Below, one piece after another: positions 37,301 to 49,100 of a stretch of DNA of 64,000 nt. Numbering within the stretch: position 1 is the first letter of the stretch; every line of letters begins with the position of its first letter. The notes below the pieces were generated by a model, which was not told the DNA's origin, ran no database searches, and saw only the letters and a list, made by a program, of their open reading frames with translations. Position numbers and translations under genes: made by a program. The DNA is from Azolla caroliniana (taxonomy: Eukaryota > Plantae > Polypodiophyta), in the NCBI GenBank assembly GCA_043228905.1, contig JBHGNT010000016.1, positions 9,114,001 to 9,178,000 on the forward strand. Direction: 5' to 3'.

Positions 37301-38282
37301 GGCTGATGCGGATACTAGCCAGTGTACATCCAGATATGTCATGACTTATGCAGGGGGAGCTGTATCATGGCAGTTGAGGCTGCAGAAGATGGTTGCGTTG
37401 TCAACCATGGAGGCGCGCGTACATGGCAGTTGTAGAAGCCGGCAAGGAGATAATTTGGATCAAGGACTTCATCGGAGAGCTAGGGATCCAACAGGAGGAA
37501 TACCAGCTCTACTGCAACATTCAAAGTGCCATCCACCTTGCAAAGAATGCGACCTACCATTCCCGGACGAACAATATCCAACGGAGGTACCACTGGATTT
37601 GGGAGAGAGTAGAAGATCAAGAGTTCATGCTGACAAAGATCTACATGGAGGATAACGGGTCGAATATGCTGATCAAGGTGTTAACGACCGACAAGCTGGA
37701 CGCGTGATGAAAGCGAATGAGGCTGATAAGACATCCCATGCCGGAGTAAAGTGGTACATTGCTGGGAAATCGGTCCCTCCGGATAGGATCCGGCTGTGAA
37801 TGAAGAGATCCAGAAACCGGATCGGATGGACCCGGTGAGAACCGGAAGAGAAGATAGATTTGTAAATATGTCTTGAGTAAGCCTATTAAGGCTACATTTG
37901 TAAGTAGCCCTAAGTTCATGTAAGTATAAATATGAAAGTGAGAGTTGTATGTTGTAGTTGTTCATATCGTTGTAACTGTTGTACAGAGATAGATAGAGAG
38001 GGAGAGAGTGTGAGATATAGAGCGATATTATGTTGTAACCGCCGGTTGGTGAAGATACAGAGCTCAAGGTCGTTGCCTCCGAGGCTCTAATTGTACCTTT
38101 CTCCTATAGTGATAGTTGGAGTTCGTGGGCTCCCGTGGTTTTTCCCATTTACGGTTTTCCCCGTAAACATCTTGTGTATTTCCTTTGTGTACTCTCCACT
38201 TCCCATTTCTGTGTTCTCCATTCTCATCGAAGTGATTCAAGACTCGGTTGTGGCCGAACAATATTCCGTGTGATTCTCTTCA
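34368..38282 (+). mobile_element. Two-LTR Copia (Tnt1/Tork-like) lacking PR and integrase core
   Basis: LTRs 34368-34913 and 37760-38282; PBS TGGTATCAAAGC at 34917-34928; gag zinc knuckle CFYCGKLGHFQKNC fused in frame to post-INT VFGCLAYVHV; RT 36212-37080; RNase H to 37707. Confidence 0.92.
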
Positions 38283-39764
38283 AACGGTCAGATCGTAGAT
38301 CAAGGTATGTAGGTCCGGTTCACTCACCATGGATGCTTCATCGAGGAGGAAGGCCGAATCATTGCGCAAGGGCGCCGGGATGGAAGAATGTTCATCCTCG
38401 AAACTAATGATGTTGGCACCGCTATGTTTGCAAAAGGACAAAAGGTCAAGTTGCATATCGACCTCTGGCATAAGTGAATCAACCACATCAACTTTCGCAA
38501 GCTTTAGGAGTTACAGTCAGAACACATTGTTTTCGGACTGCCGAAGTTCACTGGCCGGAAAGGCCAAATATGTGAAGCTTGCCAACTCGGGAAGCAACAC
38601 AGGCTTCCATTCCCCAACGAGATGAATCAGAACTGGAATCGGCTTGATCTTATACATTCGAATGTGTGGGGACCGGCACAAAACGTGAGCATTGGCAGGA
38701 GTCAGTATTTTGTCTCCTTCATCGACGATTTCAGTCTCCACGCTTGGATCTATCTGATCGAGAAGAAGAGCGAAGTCCTCTCTTTCTTCCGGGACCTAAA
38801 GAATCATGTAGAGCGAGAAACCGGAAGGAAGATTAAGTGTTTGAGATCGGATGGCGGGAGAGAGTACTTTCCGGCCAGTTCACTAGTTTCTGTAGACCAA
38901 TGGAATTCGCCGAGAGTTCTCCTGCAGATACACGCCGGAGTAGAACGGCGTGGTTGAACGTCGGAATCAGACGTTGCTAGAAGTGGCGAGGGCAATGCTG
39001 GAGCAGAAGAGCATGCCCCGGATTTAGTGGGCTGAAGCAATTCAAACCACCGTTTACATACAAAATCGGATATATGCGTCAGGGAGAAAGGTGTCGCTAC
39101 ACGAATTGTATTTTGAGTTTAAGCCGAATTTGGCTCACCTTCGGGTATTCGGCAGCATTGCATATGTGCATGTGCCGGAGGAAAAGTGAAGGAAACTAGA
39201 TGCAAAATCCGAGAAGTGCATCATGGTTGGCTACTCCAACGAACAGACGGGGTATAAGTGCTACAACCCCCGTTTGAAGCAAGTCCGAGTTAGCCGTGAT
39301 GTTTTCTTCGACGAATCAGCATCTTGGTACCTCGCATCACCCAAACCTGAGCCGATTGCTATGAATGAGGCGACAAACTCTGGCACAGAGGAAAGCGTTG
39401 CGGAATCTAAACGACGGGATAGTCTCACTTCCCTCCGGATCAGTGAAACGAATCTGGATTGGTAGAGTTGGAGCGGTCAACTAGATGACAAGCTGGCGAG
39501 TAGCGAAGACTCAATCGTGCTCTCCCTGCGGAAGGAACCAAGGAGATGGTTCACACGCAAAGAGAATGGGAAGCAAAAGATGCTGGAATATGACAACGGT
39601 AGGGAGGAGTCGAATTGGAGCGAATCCGACTCCGGAAAGCAAGAAGACGGATCTCTGGAGAAGAGGTCGGAGTCAGCCAAGAGGGCCATCAAATCGGCAG
39701 AGCAGAAATTGCGCTGATCTATCCGCCAAAAGCACCCCATAGTTTGATACAGATATAACGAGTA

Positions 39765-39880
39765 TATGGCGCATCATTATGCGTACATTGTGAAGGTGGC
39801 AGCAGTCCATGATCCGGAGAGCTATGGCGCATCATTATGCGTACATTGTGAAGGTGGCAGCAGTCCATGATCCGGAGAGC
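39765..39880. repeat. Perfect 58-bp tandem duplication in Copia B pol
   Basis: TATGGCGCATCATTATGCG..GGAGAGC at 39765 and 39823. Confidence 0.95.
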
Positions 39881-42253
39881 TACGTAGAAGTGGCTAAGGT
39901 TCCGAACTGGTAGAAGGCCATGGAGGAAGAGATGCACACGCTCACGAAGAATGAGATGTGGAACTTGGTGGATGTACCGACAGGAATGAAGGCAATTGGT
40001 TGCCGGTGGGTATACAAGATCAAATACAACATTGATAGCTCCGTCAACCAGTACAAGGCCCAGTTAGTGGCAAAGGGCTACGCGCAATAGCACGGCATCG
40101 ACTACGATGAGATGTTCGCGCCGATCGCAAAGATAAAAACCGTCTGTGTCTTGCTTGTCGTAGCAACGGGGAAGGGGTGGCATCTACATCAAATGGATGT
40201 GAAAAATGTGTTCCTACAAGGTGATCTTGAGGAATAGGTATATATGGTCCAACTTCCCGGATTTCAGTCCGGAATGAACACGTTGGCCGTTCTCCGACTG
40301 AAGAAGTCCCTTTACGGACTCAAGCAAGTGATGCGTTCTTGGAACGTGAAAATCACGTAGCGACTGTGTCGGATGGGGTTTGCCGCGTCGAAGTCAAGAC
40401 TCTTCACTTTTCATCCGGTGAGGTCGGAACGGGCCGGTAAGCATTTTGCTTTATGTTGATGATTTAGTCATCACCGGCGCCGACCTGAACTAAATCGACC
40501 GCGTCATGTCCGAACTCGCGACATCGTTTGACATGAAGGGTCTTGGGGACCTTCATTACTTCCTTGCGATCGAAGTGATCCACACTCCAGAAGGCATACT
40601 GGTCAGTCCACACCACTATGTGTTGAGTATGCTGTTCAAATTCGGTATGATGGAATGCAAGTCCGTCTCGACTCCTCGGGATAGGAATGTGAAGCTCCGC
40701 CCCGACTCCAGAATGGCATGCGACACGGAATGGTTCCGACAAATAGTCAGAAGCCTCATATATCTGACCACCACTCGACCAGACCTTAGTTATCCAGTCA
40801 GACTGATTAGTCAATTTATGGCGCATCCAACTGTGGAGTACCTTCAGTGCACACACCGAATACTCAGGTACGTTAGCGACACTAAGGATAGGGGATTGAT
40901 GTATCAGACTGGTGTGGCCAGACAACTTGTTGGCTTCACGGATGCCGATTGGGCCGGAAATGTCGACGATCATAAGTCTACATCCAGATATGCGTTTTCA
41001 CTTGGAAGCATCGCGGCCACCTAGAGCAGTAAGAAGCAGTCGACAGTAGCACTGTCGAGCATCAAGGCCAAGTACTGAGCGGATCTTGCGACATGCGAAG
41101 CCATATGCCTCAAGAGGCTCCTTAAGGATCTGCAGTTGGAGGTGTCCAATCCGATGACGATCTACTACGAAAACCTCAGCAGTAGTCGGTTGGCGAAGAA
41201 CCTCGTTTTTCACACTCGGACCAACCACATTGAGGTGCACTACCATCTTCACCAAACCTCTCGGCCTGGACAAGTTGCAACATTTTTCGAAGATGCTTGG
41301 TCTTCAACGTCTTGACATGCCATACTTGAGGGGGAGAAAGAAGGAGGAAACTATAACAGGAACTGGGAAAACCGGCAAAGGCACCGGATAAGCAACTAGA
41401 GAGAAGTAAACAACCGAAACAAGGGGAGACAAGAAGAAAAAGGGAGCCAAGTCAATTGAAGAAGTCGGCACATCCGAACAAGTTGAAACAAGCGGCAATG
41501 ACAGAAGAGTCAAGAAGGACAGAGCTGACAGGAAGGAGAAGGCCAAGACCCGAACGTGGTCTGATGTTGTGAAGGGCCTGAAGATAGAGGACGAATTGGA
41601 GACAACCAATCAGACAAGAGGTGGAACGAATCGGAGGCACTCGGTTTGGAAGAGGTGTTTGATTTGGAGGAACATGATCAACTGAAGGTGAAATGGATGA
41701 GGAGGTAGCAGAAGTTGATACTGACACGTAGGAACCGACAGGTCGAGAAGCGCCTAAGTGGCAACAACGAAGGAGCTGAGATGGGCCTTATGAGCAAACA
41801 AGCCGATCAAGAAGGTCAAGGTGTGCGGGACCAGACGGGTGGAAAGCTGAACTGGATGGGTCGAGGAGGGCGAATGAGGTGGGAAGACGCCAAGAGGAGT
41901 TGGATGCAAGGTTCGACAGACACTAACTCAGTGATCCGACCTCAAGTTGAGCATGAGGGAGAGTGTTGAGCGGACAAGCTCAACTGGATCCGGATCAGTA
42001 TCCAGAACGAAGAACCGGATAGGTATCCGAAACCAAGAGCCGGATCGGATTGTAACCGATAGGCCATTAGAGGTCTACAATCTTAACCGAGAACGTAGGC
42101 AGATTCCTTGGAATTAGTGTTAGTCACTCATATGAACATTGAAGTACATGTTAGTACTTCTATCAGTCCTTTATCGACTTTTATAAAAGTGCTCACTGAG
42201 CACATTGTATCTACAACGAGTGTTATTATTCTGAATTGAGTTTATGCTATTTT

Positions 42254-42289
<36 letters not shown>

Positions 42290-42370
42290 GTGTATTCAAG
42301 CTTTTCATTAAACCTCCATTCTGTGTTCTGTTGTTATCTGGACTAGCCGGTTTGTCTTAGCTTCCGTACA

Positions 42371-43136
42371 ATATCTTTTTCACCGAGTATATAGACATGG
42401 TTTTTCAGATATAGGATGCAAACTTCTGGTACCACATCCCCGACACTTGTTTTAAGCCGTAAATGCTTTTCTTGAATCGACATACGAGGTGACCTTCCTC
42501 CCTCGTAGCCGAGAAGCCTACCGGTTGAAACATGTAGATGTCTTCTTCCAGATCTCTGTGTAGGAATGTCATCTTTACGTCCATCTCCTCGAGCTCTAGG
42601 TCTTCTGTCGCCACGACCCCAAGTAGGAGCCGAAGGGCGGTCATCTTGAATATTGGTGAGAATATCTTGTCGTAGTCGACCTCATGTTCCTGTTTGAATC
42701 CCTTTGCGACGAGCCCAACTTTGTATTTGGGCTTCTCCGAATCGAATACATTTTTGTATTTGAATACCCATTTGCAGTGTAGCACCTTCCTTCCAGCTGG
42801 TAGTTCGACCAACTCCATGTATTGTTCTGATGGATCAAGTACATCTCGGACCTCATGGCTTGTAGCCATGTGTTGGCGTCTGCTGCGGCTATGGCTTCCT
42901 TGTAGGAGCTCAATTTGCCTGCGTCCGTGTACTTGATGTAGTCTAGGCTTGGTGAATAGGACTCTGTCGGCCTTTTGACTCATGTGGATCTTTTGGGTGC
43001 GGATTTTGTTGTTTCGATTTCATCAGTCGATTCAGTCGACCCATTGGTATTTTCTTGAACCACCTCCAGGAGTCCTTCAGGATGACTCGCCCCTGTAATA
43101 CGATTTCTGCGATGTCAAATCATCTTCCCCTGTTGT
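42371..43136 (-). pseudogene. Copia RT N-terminal fragment (probable 3' part of element A)
   Basis: ELVELPAGRKVLHCKWVFK..EMDVKMTFLH..KSIYGLKQ in ORF 42405-42983. Confidence 0.85.
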
Positions 43137-46100
43137 TGTCACCGGCTGGACAAGCCACTAACAGAGGGTGTCCCTTTAGAACACTTCACCAAAGGGGTGG
43201 TATGGTAAGGAATGTGCAGACCGCGATACAGGACCGATCCTTCCCGGAGCGCTCCAGAATGATTAACTTGATACACGCATATGATAATCACAGTAAGTGC
43301 AGAATGGTAGTAACAAGATACACAATATGTAAAGACACAACACTTCTCTATTCATTATCCATTGTCAATTACATCATCTCCGGATCCTTTTATAGGTATT
43401 TGGTTGTGCTACAAACCGGTGCCAACCGGCAATTGGCTACGAACCGGTCCAGATCCAGTTCGGCATACTGATTCCAGGTCTGTCTGTCCGATCTTATAAT
43501 TATCATAACGATCTTATAATTATCATAATTTCTCTAATTACAACTCCCAAAACCGGCTCCCTTTTCATACTCTAGCCTAACCGGCCAACAAATGGCACAC
43601 CCGTGGGACAATACATTGTACGTCGAACCCATGGTTAGCCCCTTCATTCATCCTCCAAAATGTCCAAAATGCTTTGGTCTAGGGGCTCCAACGGTTCATC
43701 GGATAGTTGCTCCATCGGCTACTGTTGTTGCTCCTCCGGTTGTAGTTGCTGTTGTTGTTGTTGTTGGTCTTCGGCCTACTCTTCCTCTCTAGCTCTATCC
43801 GTATCCGGCTCTACTGGTCCCGACGCTCCTGACTCCACCTCCTCCGTCCTTGGCTCCTCTTGCTGCTACACTGGGGCTTTGTCTGCCTCCTCCGATTTGA
43901 CTTCTTTTAGCTGTTCCACTTGGTCTTCGTTTGGTTGGCCTCCTCCGGTCGCGGCTACATTCGGTGGCTGCTCTGGAGATTGCTCTCCATCACTGATGTT
44001 AATTGCCGCCGACATTTGCGATGCTATCTATTGTCTTCGCTCTCGTTCGTATCGCTCAAGCTGAAGTTGAGTGCCAAACTGGTCATCTTCTAGCTGTTCT
44101 ACCAACTGCCTAACAGTTGCCAATTGTTCCCCTGCTAGGGACAAGAAATCGTTCGACAACTCCTCCTAGATGGTTACAATACTCTCCGCATCCATCTTGT
44201 AGATGTTGTCACCATTCTTTCTCCAGTTTTCCGCATCCGCTCGCAATGTCTGTAATTCCACTACCTGTTGTGCCCATTTTGAACACCATTGCACTGAGCT
44301 TTCACCAATCATACTCTTTGTTCGTTCTTTCCATCCTAGCACAATGGCGCGGATCTGGTTGAGCCCCATCTTGGATTTGTCCTCCACAGCCTACTTTTCC
44401 TCCTTTAACTTCTTTATCAAGCCCGTGGTTGCTTGTGCTTGCACCTCATATTCCAGGATTTTAGTTTGATAAGTGGTTTGAACTCTGTTCGGTCCCTTGC
44501 TGCTTCTTCCAGTGCCTTTGCGATGTCGACTGCCTTGGTCCATTCTTTTGCCAATGCCTCCGTCACCCTGTTGACTTCCTTTCGGAGTTCCCCTAGCTTC
44601 TCCTACTGTCGGTCACCTTCTGCCATCAACTTCTTGTGCTCCGTATCCAAATACTTGTGATCCTAGTGCAGTTGTTCAAAATCCTTCATCTTCTGCTTCA
44701 GCTTTTACTTTATTTGGCGTCTTCCCCATCTTTCTGCTGTTAGAGTTCTTCCTTGAGCCGCTCGATTTCGGTCTCCACCGATCGCCGGAGCTTATCCTTC
44801 CCTTGTAGCAGCTTCTCCTTTTCTTCCTTCAACCGGTCATTTACTTGGTAGCTTTTCCGGAGATTTTCTTCGAGTCTTCGTTTCTCACCCTCAGCTGCCT
44901 TCTTCTGCTCTCATTCTCTAGCCCGCAAGGCCTCCTGGGCTTCTAACTCTTCCGTGAGAGTGGAGAGTTCTTGCTCCCATGTGATGCTTGTGTCCGGTGT
45001 TGTAGGAGCTAGCGGCGGGTTATCTGTCTACTCAATCACCGACGCCACCGGTTCTGGGCCTATTGGCCCCTGATTGACATGTCTGGCCGTGTCTGCTTTG
45101 GCCTTCTCAATTTCTTCCTCCATGCTCCGGATCCTTGACTGGGCCTTCTCGAGTGCTTTGGTTGTGGTGAACAACCGATCCCGTTGTGCTCTCTCTCCCG
45201 CTTCAATTTGGCTTACAACCCCGACCACCTGCTCTCCGATCCATCGAAGCCATTGACTGTCGGTACTTTGTTGCCTTGCCAGTTCCAGTGTTGGCTCTGC
45301 TCTCGCCACCACCCCTGGTTGGATTGTTGTTTCTAGCGGCAACTCCTCTTCTTGTTGTGCCTGCTGACCCGATGAGATTGGTACTTCTCTTGCCATTACT
45401 GGTTGATCCAGCTCGGTTTCCTTCATTGGCTCTGGTTCCTCGAAGTGGGGTGTCGGTGTGCTGTCTTTTACCGGTCCCAATTTGTTCCCCTTTGGCTCTG
45501 TGTCGCTTCTCTTCTGACAACGTAGGGGAGTGTCAGCGTTTTCTTCCTCTGCCTCCTCCTCTTGCGTTCTCATGTTTATCCCTTGAGCCAAGTTAGGCGG
45601 CTCTTGCTCTTGCCTACGCAATTCGATTTTGAGAGGCCTAACCGGTTGTGCTACCGGTGCCTCTGTCTTCGTAGGCCTCTTCCGACTGGGTTGCTCCTTT
45701 CCTTTCTGTGATGAGCCTCCCTCTGTCCAACCGAGCGCGTGCTTGGAAAGGAGTAGTTTCTGCTTTGATGGCTTGTTTGGCGTCGTATCGGCCTTTCAGA
45801 CCCGTAGCTTTGCCCTTTAATGTCAGCACTGGCGGTACAAGGAGAGTGAGACATTGAGCCACTGTTGTTTGTCCACACCTTCTTGCTGTCTACCACCGAT
45901 TGTATGGCCGCTCACAAACAATCAGTGATGATTACGGGTCAATCCACCTTTACCCCTTTCTATGTTGCGATGATGAAACCAACTTTGTTCTTTGGCATTG
46001 TCGGGAGTCGGGGGTGCACAAACCCATACTCGTGGAGCCCCTGAGCTACTTCTCGGAACAAGGCATCGTTGCCGCCCTGTGTCCGGTACGCTTTGCTGGC

Positions 46101-49100
46101 CAGGGAATACTCCCCGAAGAAATTCGTCAGCGTCTCTGGGGACTCTCAATGGAGTAGGTCCCTCCTTCTGGCAATCCGATGAAAGCGCTGTCGTGAAGAT
46201 TTTTGGCAATGGTGTGAAAATCAAATAAAACTACAAAAAGATGGAGGTCTTCAAGAGCTTTCAAATGTGCTTTACCACATAAAAAACGGACATCTAAGTG
46301 ACAAGTTATGTGGGAGTGAAGTATGAGAAGGAAGAAGAGAAAAATAAAACTGTGAGATATCCCACGTAGACAGGAAATAAGGATCTCACCATATATAAGG
46401 TAGAACAAAAGCTTTTATCTTTGTGTCTATGTGTGGAGCATAGAGATTTAAAGGTGACTTGAACTAAGCTATTGGATGAATGGGTGTGGCCTGACTACTT
46501 GCGAAGGTTTTGCCCAAGCAAAACCGGACCGGCAACGTAACCGGAACCCGGACCCAGTGACCGAACGGTAACCGGCGAACCGGCGTCATCTGGCGGCATC
46601 CAACATCCGACGTCATCTGGCATCCGGCGACCGGATAGATATATAAATAAATAAATAAATATATGTATACACATATATATATACACAAAGAGTGCAAGTG
46701 TAGATTTGAACCTTGCACCTCCAAGTTCAGAGTCTATAGGCTTACCACTAAGCCAAGACATTTTCTTGAAATAATATTTTTATCATTGTAACTTTAAATG
46801 TAAATTCTCATACATGAGAGCTAAAATGAGTGACGTGGTTATCATGCACCACATGTAATACATGAGTGCCAAATGGCAAACATGCATTTTATGCATGTCT
46901 TGAACCCTCAAATGCATGAGGGCATCTATAAAAGAGGGGATGAAAAAGATCAAAAGGGGGAATTTTTGTAATGTAAATTTTTTGGAACCTTTGTACTTGA
47001 TATTAAAATTAAAATTAAAAGTAAGAAATTCATTATCCAGTTGATGATATATCTTGTCTCTCAAAAACTCTCTTTTTCAATCTATCTTAAATCCTTTCTC
47101 GCTAACTCTAGCGCCAACTTCGAGTCCTTCTGGTCCAGAACCCCGGCGGTGCCACCTCACGATCCGCGCATAGTGACGTATCTTCACGACAACACGGATA
47201 GCATCCTCCATGATTACTTCTAGGTCGATCTTTTTCGCGACCTTTTCTGCTTCTTCGTGCGGAGATGCCTCTGCTGTCCATAAGAAACCCTCCAAGCCAT
47301 GTTTGTGAACCATTTCTTGGCCGTCGCGGAAAGCGCCATGGGCTCCAGCGTGTCCTCTGTTGCGGTGGTGGTGGAGAGCTTTGGTGTGCCTGTGGTGGCT
47401 TCTGGTGTTTTCCTAATCACCTATATCCGCCTCTGTGTGCTAAGTGCTCTATGTTCGCGAAATGAGAGAGACTCTGTTATGCGAAGGTTTTGTGTTCCCA
47501 TTCTTGCCGCGTTTTCTCGAGTCCCGCACCGTTCTTACGAAGGTTTTGTGTTCCCATTCTTGCACGTCGTGTCTTTTAATAGTGGTTGTGTGCCGCATGG
47601 TGGGCTTTAAATGCCTTACGTCACACCGTTTCAAGGCGCCCGTTCATTTTTTTAATGGCCTACATTTTATTTAATTTTTCCGCTTGCATGGTGGCTTTAC
47701 TCCTCGCCCTTGCATGATGTTTTTTTCTTTTTCTTTTTCGTGCGTGGTATTCTAAACCCTTGTATCCAGCAACACTGGATCCGTTGTATGTTCCTCCTCC
47801 TGGTTGCCGGTTATCTGCTTGCCGTTCCCGGTTCCTGTTTCGGCATCCGGTTGTCTAAATGGGTTCCGCGGCATTAGTCCGTAATACGCGTTCCTAGCTT
47901 ATACGAGCCGTTAAACTCTCGTGTTATCCAGTAAGGTCCAGTCCACCAAAACCGTAGCTCTCCCGGCATTTTGCCCATCCGGGTCTGAAATACTAACACC
48001 GTCTTGCCGATTCCGAACCTTTTCTCATTCCCTTTCCGGTGCCGGTCAACGAATGCTTTCCGTCATCGTTGCTCGAGTTCCAACTGCAAAATGCTAGCTT
48101 TCCGGTGTTCTTCTAATTCGCACAATGTCGTTAATCGAATTTTCTCCTATTCCTTCTCACTTAACTTTTCCCGTACTTGAATCCGCAAACTCGGAATTTG
48201 AAACTCTATCGGCATGACCGCTTCTAATTCGAAAGCTAAATGGAATGGTGTTGTCTGAATACTTGTTTTGTAGGCGGTTCGGTAACCCCACAACACAAGG
48301 TTTTGTTGGTGGATTCGGCCAATCCGTTGGCTTGTGGATAGTAAGGTGTACTTTGCTTGTGTACGACCGCATAAAATGTCATCAAGCTCTCTACTACTTG
48401 ACCGAGGAAATGTCCTCCTTGATCACTGATCAGTTCTATTGGGCATCCATACCGGCACCAAATGCACTCGTATAGGAACTTGGTCGTTGAGGCCGCGGTA
48501 TTATCCCGGAGTGCCTTTGCTTCCACCCATTTGGCGCAGTAGTCTGTTGCTACAATGATATACCGGTTCCTAGTCCGCATTGCCGGAGGTTTGAATGGTC
48601 CGACGAAGTCCAATTCCCATTTTTGAAACGACTCCAGTGGTAACACCGGCTGGTGTGGCATCCTTGCTTGTTCCGTTGGTTGGCCCATCCGTTGACATAA
48701 GTCGCATTCCTTTGCATACCAAATCGAGTCCTTCATTGTTGTAGGCCACCACAATCCACTTCGCCATATCTTCTTTGTTGTTGCTTCTCCGGCATAATGT
48801 CCTCCGGTGACTCCACAATGAGCTTCCCGTAAAATTGTCTCCTTTTCATCGCTCTAAACCGCTCTTCGCCATATACCGTCCGCTCCCTTGTGGTACAACG
48901 TATCCTTCAGTAAATAAAAATGTCAGCTTTGTACCACCAACCACGTCCGTTTGTCCCGGTTTAGTTCTTCCGGAGTCAATCCGGTGCTTAAAAATTGATG
49001 CATATTCGTCAGCCATTTATCTTGCTCGGCCACCATCCCGTCCACTGTATTCTTCGCTATTACCCTGAATAGTTGCGCATCCGGAAGGTCGTCTTTGACG

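Larger units (their letters stand above)
28470..42370 (+). mobile_element. Copia element B (possibly Bryco/RLC5-like moss lineage), degenerate, hosting two nested elements
   Basis: Gag YLLGHNYWSYVEG; PR VNSGASNHM; INT LIHSNVWGP and CLRSDGGREY; RT and RNase H FTDADWAG; PPT 41955-41963; 3' LTR 41964-42370; 5' LTR remnant about 28470-28545. Lineage assignment is from memory. Confidence 0.85.
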
